Sequence record: OP889247.1
Reading direction: 5' to 3' (one strand)
DNA: 64,000 nt
Part shown: positions 46,904 through 57,059 of the stretch, in pieces
Layout: each line of letters starts with the position of its first letter
Numbering within the stretch: the first letter of the stretch is position 1
Translations under genes and position numbers: made by a program
Notes under the pieces: model-generated
Seen by the model: only the letters and a program-made list of their open reading frames with translations
The model's database searches: none
What the model was told of the DNA's origin: nothing

Positions 46904-48970
46904 ATGTCAGAATCCAATCCGTTTCTCTCAGAAACGTACGAATCAGATCGTAATATAATTAAACACTCCATTGATCAGTATTCGGAATTGATTAGTAGAG
47001 TACAAGGTGAAGATAAAGAAGTTGTAAAAGCTAACCTTTTAACTTATTTTAAAGCTAATAAAGAACAATATAAATCTAAGCGCGCCAAAGTTATTATTAA
47101 GAATAAAGTAGGTGATAGAGAAGTAAAGATTATTCCATTCTCGTCTGTATTAAAACACGTACAAGATAAGAACTATCACTTCTCACCTAGTATGATTGCT
47201 TACACTAACTCTGATGAAGAGGAGTGTGTAAACTCTATTGGAACACGTTTATTCATCGCTAACCGTAAGTATTATAAGAACTTACGACAAGATGCCAAAG
47301 CTGTAAACGATAAAGATCTTTATGGTAAGTATCACGAGTTACAAAACGCATTTAAGATCTTTAACAACGCCCAATCCGGAGCCATGTCCTCTGGCGGAAC
47401 TCCAATTAGTAATCACACTGGCCACACATCACTCACTTCCACAACAAGATGTCTGACCTCTACAGCTAACCTAACCAACGAACAATTCATCGCTGGTAAT
47501 CGTTTCTATCATAACCCTGATGCTACCTTGCAGTCTATGATAGCTAGAATTCAAGTGACTGATTTTAAACTACTTGAACAGGTAATGGAAAAGTATAAAC
47601 TACATTACCCAACTACCGAAGATCTAATGAAAAGGGTTAAGCATTGCTCTAGTAGATACTGGGATTCCGAATCACAAATGAGTCTTATAGAGACCTTTGT
47701 GGATAAACTGAAACCTATTGAAAAGGCGTCTATACTTTATACACTAGACTTGTTTTCTCTGTTCAACCATAACAGGGATGTTGTATGCGCTTTCTTTGAT
47801 AAATGGTGTCATATACCAGAAGTTGATGAATCTAAACTACTTAAACCTGATAATGGTGATAGATATGTTCTTTGTGTTTCCAAGCTCCCAAGGGATCCAA
47901 GTAAAGAACAAGTACAGGCATTAAATTATCACCATGTTCAGGTGGAAAAAGAATACAGTGATTTTATTAAGGTATTTTTTAAATCACCGATTCCACCTAC
48001 CGGATTATTTAATGTTGTAAATGCCGTTAGGGATTGTGTCTTAACTAGTGATACTGACTCAAGTATTTATAGTGTTGATGAAATGATAGATTCTTACACT
48101 AGTGATCAAAAGCAAGGCGTGATGTTGAACGGAGTACTTACGTATTTTATTCGCATGGTCTCTGTTGATCAACATGCACAACTATCCTGCAATATGAATG
48201 TGTCTAAGAAAAACTTAGATCTACTTAATATGAAAAATGAATATTTCTTCTCAGGTTATGTTACAACTGACATGTCCAAGCATTATTATGCTTATCAAGA
48301 TATGGTAGAAGGTGTAGTGAACGAAGAGGCAGAAATGGAAATTAAAGGTGTTCATCTCAAGTCTTCAAAAATCGCTACTGTTATTAAAGACAAAGCTCAG
48401 GAATTAATGGTTTCCACACTAGACGCCATTAAATCTGGTAAACAGTTGAACGCTCCAGAAATACTATTTGGAGTTGGTGAGCTGGAAAGAGGTATCGTCG
48501 ATGATATTCAAAATGGCGATTATAGTTGGCTTAGTCGTGAAAGTATTAAACCAGCCAGCGCTTATACTAACCCAGATTCTGAAAAATATCTTTATCACTC
48601 TCTTTGGGAAGAAGTGTTCTCAGAGAAGTACGGACCAGCTCCTGAACTTCCTTACACTGGGATTAAAATGTCTGTTGATCTTACTTCCAAATCAAAACTC
48701 AATGCTTATTTGGAAAAGATTGAAGATAATACCATTCGTGAGAAGTTTAAGAGCTTCCTAGAAAGTAAAGGTAAAGATAAGTTAACAAACCTTTATCTCC
48801 CTATGGAAAGAGCTCAGAACTTGAAAGATATCCCCCTAGAGTTCAAACAAGCTATTGACTACAGAACCTTGTTAAAACAAAACCTCAAGAGTGTTTACAC
48901 TGTACTCCACTCTACAGGTTTGTACATGATGAATGACAGTATTACTCGTTTAGTATCGGACGAACATTAA
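46904..48970 (+). CDS. family B DNA polymerase, polymerase-domain part (phiKZ gp50-like)
   Basis: KIFNNAQSG region III-like motif; SDTDS catalytic motif; EIKG; GAGGG RBS before ATG at 46904. Confidence 0.85.
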   Translation: MSESNPFLSETYESDRNIIKHSIDQYSELISRVQGEDKEVVKANLLTYFKANKEQYKSKRAKVIIKNKVGDREVKIIPFSSVLKHVQDKNYHFSPSMIAYTNSDEEECVNSIGTRLFIANRKYYKNLRQDAKAVNDKDLYGKYHELQNAFKIFNNAQSGAMSSGGTPISNHTGHTSLTSTTRCLTSTANLTNEQFIAGNRFYHNPDATLQSMIARIQVTDFKLLEQVMEKYKLHYPTTEDLMKRVKHCSSRYWDSESQMSLIETFVDKLKPIEKASILYTLDLFSLFNHNRDVVCAFFDKWCHIPEVDESKLLKPDNGDRYVLCVSKLPRDPSKEQVQALNYHHVQVEKEYSDFIKVFFKSPIPPTGLFNVVNAVRDCVLTSDTDSSIYSVDEMIDSYTSDQKQGVMLNGVLTYFIRMVSVDQHAQLSCNMNVSKKNLDLLNMKNEYFFSGYVTTDMSKHYYAYQDMVEGVVNEEAEMEIKGVHLKSSKIATVIKDKAQELMVSTLDAIKSGKQLNAPEILFGVGELERGIVDDIQNGDYSWLSRESIKPASAYTNPDSEKYLYHSLWEEVFSEKYGPAPELPYTGIKMSVDLTSKSKLNAYLEKIEDNTIREKFKSFLESKGKDKLTNLYLPMERAQNLKDIPLEFKQAIDYRTLLKQNLKSVYTVLHSTGLYMMNDSITRLVSDEH

Positions 48971-48988
48971 TCAATATTATGTAATTTA

Positions 48989-49019
48989 ACCTCTACCTTC
49001 CAAATGGGAAGGTAGAGGT
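48989..49019. terminator. bidirectional terminator
   Basis: 13-bp stem between convergent genes. Confidence 0.75.
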
Positions 49020-49026
49020 ATAATTA

Positions 49027-50118
49027 TCATCTTTCTTTTAAATCTAAATGAACATTATAGAATTTGTTTCTCCAATAAGGATCTTTTATTTGATTAAGAA
49101 TAAAAGCAGGATTTAGTTTATAGAAAGTTCTTAATTGAGCTTCTATAATAGGATCTTGATATCCCATGTAATCCATATAAGAGAGATATGGTTTCACCCA
49201 GTATAAAGCGGCTAGGGTGTAGATCCAACCTAGCTGAATAAACATCTGGGATTTTCCACAGTTAATGAAAGGTCCTGAGTTATAGTAAAGAGTAGGATGA
49301 TATTCCATATACTCGGTAAAGCTTCTCAGTCGATCAGACATCAATTTCTTTTTCTTCCACGTTACATACTTGCTTAAGTCCATGGAGTAGTCTGTAAACG
49401 CGAATGGTGGATCTTGAATGACTATTTTATCACCAGCTGTATAATTTAACATTACTGTTTCATTATGTACTGGATAATAATCCATCAATACTAAGTAGAT
49501 AAAGTGTTGAGGAGTCAATCCCACATTGATATTATTACTAACTCTATCGGTTAAGTAATAGTAATAACTTAGTACTAGTCGATGGACATCTACTTGTATA
49601 GCAGAATAGAAGTCTTCTTGACTCTTTCTAATCTCACTGTCTAATAACTTAGACAGATCCCAGTATTGAACATTACTGGTAGAGAAGATAGTGGAGAGTA
49701 TTGGTTGTTCCAATACTTTTTCACGAGAGAGATCATCTATTGTCAACCCGTACTCATTATCGAACGGAACGACAAAAAGAGTGTGGTGATTGCTTTCAGG
49801 AAATACTGTATCAAGGTGATCTTTACCTTTGTTATATAACGAGGTAAGGTTAACCAAGCTTGCGTATTGCCTACCTTTTAATTCCACCAAATTAAAAAGA
49901 GACTCTGATCCTGATACAATGTCAACCGAAAAGTGTTGAAGCAGTTGTACTAATGGATGTTGACTAGGAACAACTCGATTACCTAGTTGGAAATACTTCC
50001 TATAGTTTTCTCTGTTTCTAGCTATAATACGTTGTAGGTTACCAAGACCTCCGTACTGTGGTACTGAGTATTGTAACCCATTGCTCTTTAGTTTGAAATG
50101 AGACATATGGTAACTCAA
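49027..50118 (-). CDS. conserved Chimalliviridae protein divergent from chimallin
   Basis: 363 aa; opposite-strand position between the DNA polymerase and chimallin genes, as in phiKZ-like phages. Confidence 0.7.
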   Translation of the reverse strand: MSYHMSHFKLKSNGLQYSVPQYGGLGNLQRIIARNRENYRKYFQLGNRVVPSQHPLVQLLQHFSVDIVSGSESLFNLVELKGRQYASLVNLTSLYNKGKDHLDTVFPESNHHTLFVVPFDNEYGLTIDDLSREKVLEQPILSTIFSTSNVQYWDLSKLLDSEIRKSQEDFYSAIQVDVHRLVLSYYYYLTDRVSNNINVGLTPQHFIYLVLMDYYPVHNETVMLNYTAGDKIVIQDPPFAFTDYSMDLSKYVTWKKKKLMSDRLRSFTEYMEYHPTLYYNSGPFINCGKSQMFIQLGWIYTLAALYWVKPYLSYMDYMGYQDPIIEAQLRTFYKLNPAFILNQIKDPYWRNKFYNVHLDLKER

Positions 50119-50257
50119 CTTAAAAAGATAAGTGATGTAGTATTATATGTACAAACATCTAGGTTCATCCTAGATGTTAAAGCGGTAGCTGTACGTCGTA
50201 TGGAAAATTCTGTCATACGATCAACGTAGGAATGACTAATTTGTGACAATTTTTATA

Positions 50258-50310
50258 GTTCTATAATTTTTCAAACCTATATTACCTAAGTGATAAGTAA
50301 GAGAAGTATT
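50258..50310 (+). promoter_or_regulatory. early promoter of chimallin
   Basis: TTTTTCAAACC-TATATTAC; identical to 666..718. Confidence 0.85.
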
Positions 50311-50372
50311 TTCAATTACTTAATTAACCCGCCACTAGTGATTTAAATAACTTTTAGCTAAAGGAAATTATC

Positions 50373-52274
50373 ATGCAAGTTAACAACAACGAAAACAACG
50401 CTATGAACTCCACCCTGGGTCTGGGCACTTCTTCTAACGGTTCTGGTTCTCCTCTGGCTGCTCTGTTTGGTAGCACCAACCTGATCACTTCTTCTCACTC
50501 TGCTACCGAAGTTGCTGATGTGAGCAAGTACCTGCAAGAGAAAGTTAAAGAGCTGCTGGCTAACACTGCTCCTGAAATCCAGAAAGCAACTCTGCCGCGT
50601 TTCATGCAACAGCTGACCTCTGACATCACTCCGCATCTGCCGGGTATCGCAATGTACACCGTACTGGGTACTAGCTGCTACGTAATGCCGATCCTGTTCT
50701 ACAAAGCAGGTATCACCGATGCTACCGATACCATCCAAATGGGTAACGAAGCTCCGCGTGGCTATGCTAAGACTCCGACTTCCTTCATGACCAATGACGT
50801 AATGAAGAAAGTTAAGGAAAGCTTCAAGGTCATCGATGGTAAGACCATGACCAACGTCGTGATCACTGCACCGATGGTAATGAACCTGGAGCGTTATATC
50901 AAAGCCGGGATCACTGGTGAAGATATGGCTGCTAAAGTTGGTCACAAGCTGCTCAAAGAGTGGCAGACTGGCATTACCAACATGGCAGCTCTGGAAACTC
51001 AGAAAGCTGGTGGTCAACTGCCCAACCCGTTTGCTGGTGGTAAGCTGTTTGGTCAGCATGAAGCCGCTCTGGCTCGTGTTGAGTCTGTTCATCAACTGGT
51101 TGTTGATGGTCTGCCTGTTCCGTATAACCTGGCTGTTAAGCTGGCAACTGCCAACAAGAACAACATGACCAACTACGGTAACAACACCGCCAAGACCATC
51201 CTGACAACTTACCTGAACGTCCAACTGGAAACTATGTCTCCAGGTCAGTTCAACGATGTCCGGGCTCGTAACCCTGGTCGTCCTTGCGGTCCGATCGTTC
51301 CGGTTGTTGTAGCTGGTATGTCCAACCCTGGTGAAACCCTGCATCACAATAACTCCCTGATGACTCAACTGCTTGGTCTGTTCGCAAGTCTGGCAGCTAA
51401 CGCTCCGGTGTTCTTCTCTGAAGCGTTCCGTGGTCAACAGGTTGGTAACCGTGGTAACCTGGGTGTGTTCAACAACTACATGGCTTCTATTCTGGGTCCT
51501 GTATATGGTGCTGATCACAACCTCACCAACAAGAACATCACCAACATCGCAGTAACCAATGACTGGATCCAGCGTTATGTTGCTCCTCAAGCAGTATACG
51601 CAATCGATCTGATCGGTTATGTAGATGAAACCAGTAACAACGACTTCTGGTTCGGTATCACCTCTGGTGACAAGTCCTCTACCTACGTTCGCTCCATGAT
51701 CTCCCTGTGTGATCTGCTGACCGGTGGTAAGTTCTCTGCCCTGGCTAAAGAGAACACTGAGAAAGGTGCAAACCGTGACAAGTCCAAAGAGTGGGCGTTT
51801 GGTGATGCAATCATGCACCGTACCAACATCATCCGTCCTTACGGTATCGCCAAGAAAGGTAATGCTTGGTTTGATCTGGGTGAAGTAGATGGCATGTTCC
51901 TGCGTCAGCCTGAGTACTACGGTACCAATGAAGTAGCGATCAACGAGTACAACGCTCTGCTGCAAGGTAGCATGGGTAACATCGATACTCGTATCCGTCA
52001 GTACAACATCCTGAACCGCCTGCAAGCAATGTTCAATAACGATGTGATCGTTGAAGGTTGGAGCCTGCGTTATGTATTTAACCAGTCCTTCTTCAACACC
52101 CTGGCTCAAGCAATGTCTGCTGCTGGTACTCTGTCTGTATCCGGTAACAACGCAGCCGCTAACTGGACCATGCACGTTCAGAACGAAATCCTGAACATGA
52201 CCATGGGTGCTAGCCTGTCTAACGCGCCGGTCACTCAGAACGTAATGAACAACGTGATGTACACCCAGTTCTAA
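50373..52274 (+). CDS. chmA: chimallin (phage nuclear shell protein)
   Basis: 633 aa; extreme highly-expressed codon bias; early promoter; lies between DNA polymerase and nvRNAP beta' as phiKZ gp54 does. Confidence 0.85.
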   Translation: MQVNNNENNAMNSTLGLGTSSNGSGSPLAALFGSTNLITSSHSATEVADVSKYLQEKVKELLANTAPEIQKATLPRFMQQLTSDITPHLPGIAMYTVLGTSCYVMPILFYKAGITDATDTIQMGNEAPRGYAKTPTSFMTNDVMKKVKESFKVIDGKTMTNVVITAPMVMNLERYIKAGITGEDMAAKVGHKLLKEWQTGITNMAALETQKAGGQLPNPFAGGKLFGQHEAALARVESVHQLVVDGLPVPYNLAVKLATANKNNMTNYGNNTAKTILTTYLNVQLETMSPGQFNDVRARNPGRPCGPIVPVVVAGMSNPGETLHHNNSLMTQLLGLFASLAANAPVFFSEAFRGQQVGNRGNLGVFNNYMASILGPVYGADHNLTNKNITNIAVTNDWIQRYVAPQAVYAIDLIGYVDETSNNDFWFGITSGDKSSTYVRSMISLCDLLTGGKFSALAKENTEKGANRDKSKEWAFGDAIMHRTNIIRPYGIAKKGNAWFDLGEVDGMFLRQPEYYGTNEVAINEYNALLQGSMGNIDTRIRQYNILNRLQAMFNNDVIVEGWSLRYVFNQSFFNTLAQAMSAAGTLSVSGNNAAANWTMHVQNEILNMTMGASLSNAPVTQNVMNNVMYTQF

Positions 52275-52302
52275 TAGAGCTGATAAACGTTAAGATGTAA
52301 CT

Positions 52303-52334
52303 ACTAGAGAGGAGGGTAATTCCTCCTCTCTAGT
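52303..52334 (+). terminator. intrinsic terminator
   Basis: 13-bp stem plus TTTTATT. Confidence 0.8.
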
Positions 52335-52361
52335 TTTATTACCTGGAGGTAATTTTTTCGT

Positions 52362-53756
52362 ATGTCAACTTTAGCGAATGTACTTGAGCAATACCAAATA
52401 CAACATCTTCTTCCAACCACTCTATTTGATAAAATCATTGGAGAGTCAGGTTATGTACCAGAAGGTGATGACGAAAGTTTTTATCAACCTCTTTATCCAG
52501 ATATTGAAGATTTCAATTATCGGCATGATACCACTACAGTTCATCCGATCTATCTGAATGATTTCGATTTTAATATAGAAGAAGATCGAGAAAAGATTAC
52601 TGCTTTGCTACGTACTGAATATGAAGGAAACAATTTCGATACAGTAGCGAGTTGTACTTGTAAGAAACATCGTACTAATGCGTATCTTGGTACAAGTTTC
52701 GTTTGTGACAGTTGTGGAGATCCTGTTACTAAACCACTTGGTGAGAAGATCGAAACCAAAGTCTGGCTTCGTACTCCCGCTAACGTGTCAGGGTTTATTA
52801 ACCCAACTATTGCAGAGGTATTCTTTCGCAAACTCAATACCAAAACCCCTAAGGTGAATTTGGTTGAGTATTGGATTAACAAAGAGTTTAGAAATGAAAA
52901 ACGGTTTAGAGACCCAAGTCATAGTGCGTTTAAAATAGCTTGTAAACTGGAAGCTTTCCGTTTGTCACTCAATATCGAATTTGGATATAACGAGTTCGTT
53001 GACAATATGGATTTGATTATCAGATCAGCTATTGAACACGACACTAATGGTGTTCTTGATCTTACCGAAAAGAACCGTGAACATTATGCGATGTTCTGGG
53101 AAAAATTCAAATCAAGAGCTGTAGCTCAATATCTCCCTTTGCCTAACAAGGTAACCTCTATTGTCGAGTCTGACCAACGAGATAAATACGTTAATAAGGA
53201 GAAGAGTGATCTTGAAAAGATCTTTTACACCATTGCTGATATGTATCCGGCTTATGACTATCGTTCTACTGAGAACGCAGAGATCATGGGGAAGATCTTT
53301 ACTAAACTCAAAAGCATGATGTTGGATGTAACTGAATCTATCCTATTCAAGAAGAAAGGGATGATTCGTTATCACGCTGGTGCCGGTAAGTTACCGATGA
53401 CTGGTCGTTCTATCATCACAGGCGAATCTGGTGTTTGTCGGTCAGACACTATTATTGTTCCCTGGTTGTACGGAATTACGTGTCTGGATAAACACCTAAC
53501 CAACTGGTTGTATCGTAAAGGCTACACTCCACTAAAAGTAAAGGAGATTATCCGCTCAGCTGCTAACTTTAAACATCCTGTTGTAGAGGAGTTCTTTAAC
53601 TGGGTAGAAAGTAATCGATACGCTATTGCAACGTGCGGTCGAAATCCCTCTATTCAGTATTTGTCGGCACGTGGTTTCTTTGTACAATTTAACCGCGATG
53701 TAGAAGATAAATCCATCCGGATTCCGATTACTACAGTTAAGGAATTTAATGCCGAT
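52362..53756 (+). CDS. non-virion RNAP beta'-like subunit (phiKZ gp55-like), exon 1 (465 codons)
   Basis: Zn-finger C-x-C...C-x2-C; GRNP motif; ends KEFNAD. Confidence 0.9.
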
Positions 53757-55224
53757 AAACACACTAACACTCACCACTGCCAAAGGTGAGAATGAAACTA
53801 CTCAGAAATTTAATAAAATCCATTAGACTTTATTATCCCGGTTATAGAAAGATAATAGGTCTTCCTGGATTAATACATCCTATTTTGGATATAGTGTATG
53901 AATTAAAGGTATTAGCCCCTGGGTTGATTGTCCCTATCGAAGTCCCATTGCAAAAGGGTCAGTATGTCGGTGTTACAATAGCCGGTTCAAACCACCATTT
54001 ACATAGATTAAAGGCTGAACGGTTTTTACCAAAACCGATTGGAGTTAAAGACAAATTAATTATCAATCATAAAGACGGTAAAAAGGCCAACAATTCAATA
54101 GAAAACTACGAATGGGTTAGTTATTCTGATAATATTGTTCATGCTTATAAATCTGGGCTTAGAAGTGACAACATCTCAGGAACAATGTATGACCTTATAA
54201 ATCTCACTACTTACGATTTTTATTCGTATGCTGACCTATCTAGACATTTAAAAGTCAACCCTAGCTATGTGACGTATTACATGAAACGTCCGCGCGATTA
54301 CCCGTTTAGACGAAGATATGTGATAGTCCCAACTGGTAGTGAAAAACCCAACATAACTAAGGATGATATTTGGAAATCCAATGAAAATTTTGGAAATCCA
54401 ATAAGCGTTCTGGATACGGTTACCAATGAAATTACCAAATTTGGTAATTTTGCTAGCATGGTGAAAACTCTAGGTCTTAAATACCACCAAAGAGAAAAGT
54501 TCTTTCCTGGAAAGGAGTATGTTTTCGGTAACGGAAGACATATAGTAACATTAATGACCGAGTATAACGAAATCATATCAACACTTAATTCAGACCCTAA
54601 CTTTTCTACCCGTGATTATAGTCATTTAAACTATAAGAAGGAAAGAAATAAAGTTAAAGTGTCTTACCCAAACGGTGATGTGAAAATATTCAAAAATGTT
54701 GAAGTGGCGGCTAGAGAGTTAGGAAGCACAGACGCCGCTTTATCAAAAAGAATACATTCGTTCAAAGGTCTTTGGAAAGGACATGTATTAACTTATATCT
54801 GAGTGTTAGTGTAATAGTCCCCCTAGGGTGAAAGTCCTAGTGAGGTACCTTTTGAATTGCTGGAAAGTCCACAAAAGTTACTTACCTAAGCTTAATTAGA
54901 AATGATTAAGTTAATGGTGTCGAAAGACAGAAACAACAAGTAACCTGTCCTATGCTAAAAAATAATGCTAAGGGATATTAACAAGGGATAATCAGCCTCC
55001 GAGAATCTAAGTATATTCGTGATGAATAGATACGATTCAGGTTCAACGACTGTCCCGTGGCTGGGAGTAGGGAAATCAGATTTCCTGAAGTATTAGGCAC
55101 CTAACCGTGTAAAGACGTAGGTGATGGTATAGTCTGCTCCTCTAGTAATGTAGAGGCGGGTGTCTTAGCACACCGGCGTTATTATGATAGCCAAATGGCG
55201 AACGGTAATAACGTGGACATAAGG
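53757..55224 (+). mobile_element. group I intron (1468 nt) with homing endonuclease
   Basis: 5' exon ends in U and intron ends in G; P AATTGCTGGAAA 54855, Q AATCAGC 54990, R TTCAACGACTG 55042, S GATGGTATAGTC 55123; splicing restores NADFDGD. Confidence 0.9.
53792..54802 (+). CDS. intron-encoded HNH homing endonuclease with NUMOD/IENR-like C-terminal repeats
   Basis: INHKDGKKANNSIENYEW HNH motif; VEVAARELG helix-turn-helix-like motif; AAAGGTGAG RBS before ATG at 53792. Confidence 0.88.
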   Translation: MKLLRNLIKSIRLYYPGYRKIIGLPGLIHPILDIVYELKVLAPGLIVPIEVPLQKGQYVGVTIAGSNHHLHRLKAERFLPKPIGVKDKLIINHKDGKKANNSIENYEWVSYSDNIVHAYKSGLRSDNISGTMYDLINLTTYDFYSYADLSRHLKVNPSYVTYYMKRPRDYPFRRRYVIVPTGSEKPNITKDDIWKSNENFGNPISVLDTVTNEITKFGNFASMVKTLGLKYHQREKFFPGKEYVFGNGRHIVTLMTEYNEIISTLNSDPNFSTRDYSHLNYKKERNKVKVSYPNGDVKIFKNVEVAARELGSTDAALSKRIHSFKGLWKGHVLTYI

Positions 55225-55419
55225 TTCGATGGTGATAACATGTATCTATTCTTTATCCCAGATATGGTGGGTAAAGTAAATGCATATAGTAACTGGGGGC
55301 ACCATCAAATGGTTGATCCTAACAAGCCGTTTAAAACAAGTAGATTTGTTGCCGCAACACGGACTAATCTCTTAAATATAAATAGCGTGCTTCTTAATAC
55401 ACCGATTGAGGAGGACTAA
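55225..55419 (+). CDS. nvRNAP beta'-like subunit, exon 2 (64 codons)
   Basis: Begins FDGDNMYLFF, completing the catalytic motif. Confidence 0.88.
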   Translation, partial: FDGDNMYLFFIPDMVGKVNAYSNWGHHQMVDPNKPFKTSRFVAATRTNLLNINSVLLNTPIEED

Positions 55420-55420
55420 T

Positions 55421-56068
55421 TTGAACGTAACATCAGCTTTCAATAGAGGTTGTGGTGGAAGCTTGAGTAGTGAAGCTGCTCAGGTCTACGATAACTTCGT
55501 AGGAAATATGTTACAGAAATACGATAACTTAACTGGATGGTTGAGTGAAACTGTAGATTCTGTAAAGAAAGCTCATAGTAACTTTATGTCTTCTAAGATG
55601 TGGGAGTTCTCTAACCGTATTGGTAGAACAGGACACTACGTAGGAAGATTCGAAATCGGTTATCTGTCGGAAGTTCAATTCCAACAACAAGCCACTGGGT
55701 TTATGCGTAATTACATTATGGCTAACCCTAACATGATGGCGTTGTATGAAACTGAACAAGTCTCTGGATATGATGGAGATTTCTCTGACCTGTGTTCTGG
55801 TATCGGTCATGGTAATTATTACTATGATAAAGCTATGGATGGGTTGGTTACTCAAAATGAGAGTGATCAATACTTCTATCGCACTTACCATAATTCAATG
55901 GACGAAGGTACACACCTAAGTCCTAGAGAACGCTTCGATATTCAACGTACTTGGCGTGCAACCGATCACCATATTAAGAACTTGTTTGACTCGTCAAACA
56001 TTGCGGGTGGAAACATTCTTACCTTGGAAGAAGTTGAAGAACGTCGTAAAGCAGAAGACAAAGAGTAA
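55421..56068 (+). CDS. conserved phiKZ-like hypothetical protein
   Basis: GAGGAGG RBS before TTG at 55421; core-block position. Confidence 0.7.
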   Translation: MNVTSAFNRGCGGSLSSEAAQVYDNFVGNMLQKYDNLTGWLSETVDSVKKAHSNFMSSKMWEFSNRIGRTGHYVGRFEIGYLSEVQFQQQATGFMRNYIMANPNMMALYETEQVSGYDGDFSDLCSGIGHGNYYYDKAMDGLVTQNESDQYFYRTYHNSMDEGTHLSPRERFDIQRTWRATDHHIKNLFDSSNIAGGNILTLEEVEERRKAEDKE

Positions 56069-56075
56069 TTAAACT

Positions 56076-56107
56076 GAACTACCTGAGGAGCTATCCTTGG
56101 GTAGTTC
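56076..56107 (+). terminator. intrinsic terminator
   Basis: GAACTACC..AGGA/TCCT..GGTAGTTC stem plus TTT. Confidence 0.7.
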
Positions 56108-56141
56108 TTTATCTACTTTAAAAAATTAAGGAAATAGACAA

Positions 56142-56468
56142 ATGAAACAAGTTCATAAAGACGATATTTGTGTCGTAACACGCTCTGAAGTTGATGTTAA
56201 TCGTTACTATGGACGTGGTAATAAAAACAAACTTAATTTTCCAATGTTGAAATTTCAAGATAGTAGTGAGGTCATTAACGAGAATGGATTCACTTTAGAA
56301 GGTGTTATCGCTTGCACTATCGATCGTTTGGAACACTTTAATACTGGACAGTTTAAATGTGATCACAACGATCGTGCTTTGGAACATCTTCGCGGTGCAT
56401 TGAAAGAACTTAATGACCGAGTAGAGGATCGTAAAGCGCGAAATGTTTACAACACCGACAAAGCTTAG
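56142..56468 (+). CDS. tad1: Tad1-like immune-signal sponge (anti-Thoeris, possibly also anti-CBASS)
   Basis: KFQ...G......DRL..F..G.F.C..N..AL.H...AL..LN.RVEDR..RNV..T matches the recalled Tad1 C-terminal consensus. Confidence 0.8.
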   Translation: MKQVHKDDICVVTRSEVDVNRYYGRGNKNKLNFPMLKFQDSSEVINENGFTLEGVIACTIDRLEHFNTGQFKCDHNDRALEHLRGALKELNDRVEDRKARNVYNTDKA

Positions 56469-56476
56469 GAGTTAAC

Positions 56477-56965
56477 ATGGGTGCTGGATACGCCTCTTTC
56501 CAGATGGATTTGAAAAGTGCTGTAGCGATTAATACAGCAATTGAAAAAGAAGAGATTAAGTGTGCTGATGACTTTCACGAGAAGTTAGCAACTAAGATTA
56601 ACATTGTAGCTAATGATCTTCACGCAACATTGATGTATGACAAACGAGATCCGGATATTAGCCCAGGAATCAATCGTAAATCATACAAAGCTAAGGTAAT
56701 CGACGTAGAGAAGCTAGGAGTACCCGGTAAGCAATTCTACGCCCTAGTCCTTACTCTTGAGTCAGAAGAGATCCAGAAACGTTTTAAAGAGCTCCTAGAT
56801 CTTGGGTTTGAACACTCTTTCCCAGAGCTTAAACTCCATTGTAGTTTGTATTATGGGGATGGAACTGAACTGTGTTATAAGTTCATGAAACGTTTGTTCG
56901 ATGAAGGTAAACTGCCAGAATACATTACACTTTGTAATGAGAACTGGAATGCTTGCAAAGACTAA
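56477..56965 (+). CDS. acb1: Acb1-like 2H phosphoesterase (anti-CBASS, T4 gp57B-like)
   Basis: N-terminal YAS; two HxT/S motifs (LHATL, LHCSL); ALVLTLES...LG..H.F. Confidence 0.8.
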   Translation: MGAGYASFQMDLKSAVAINTAIEKEEIKCADDFHEKLATKINIVANDLHATLMYDKRDPDISPGINRKSYKAKVIDVEKLGVPGKQFYALVLTLESEEIQKRFKELLDLGFEHSFPELKLHCSLYYGDGTELCYKFMKRLFDEGKLPEYITLCNENWNACKD

Positions 56966-56967
56966 CA

Positions 56968-57007
56968 TTTAAGATCCATAGATTTTCAAACCTATATTAC
57001 TAGAGTG
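56968..57007 (+). promoter_or_regulatory. early promoter; 40-bp exact copy of 15503..15542
   Basis: TTTTCAAACC-TATATTAC. Confidence 0.8.
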
Positions 57008-57059
57008 ATAAATAGAATATGTATTTTCAACTCTACAGATATAGATAAGGAATCTCATC

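Noticed and set aside
50120-50250. Hairpins between the divergent 363-aa gene and the chimallin promoter as a riboswitch or sRNA
   Set aside because: Only two or three short stems in a divergent promoter region; not enough evidence for a discrete RNA.
50358-52175. 605-aa minus-strand ORF opposite chimallin
   Set aside because: Antisense shadow caused by the strong codon bias of chmA; no RBS context and implausible composition.
55195-55419. 74-aa ORF as an independent gene, and 53789 as the true end of the RNAP subunit
   Set aside because: Better explained as exon 2 and intron read-through; splicing restores NADFDGD.
56142-56468. Acb2/Vs.4 assignment for the 108-aa protein
   Set aside because: It lacks the KGY..L and QP motifs of Acb2; the C-terminal consensus fits Tad1 instead.
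666-57007. 53-bp and 40-bp exact repeats as CRISPR repeats or mobile-element ends
   Set aside because: Two dispersed copies each, all directly upstream of genes and containing the early promoter motif; no array, spacers or transposase.
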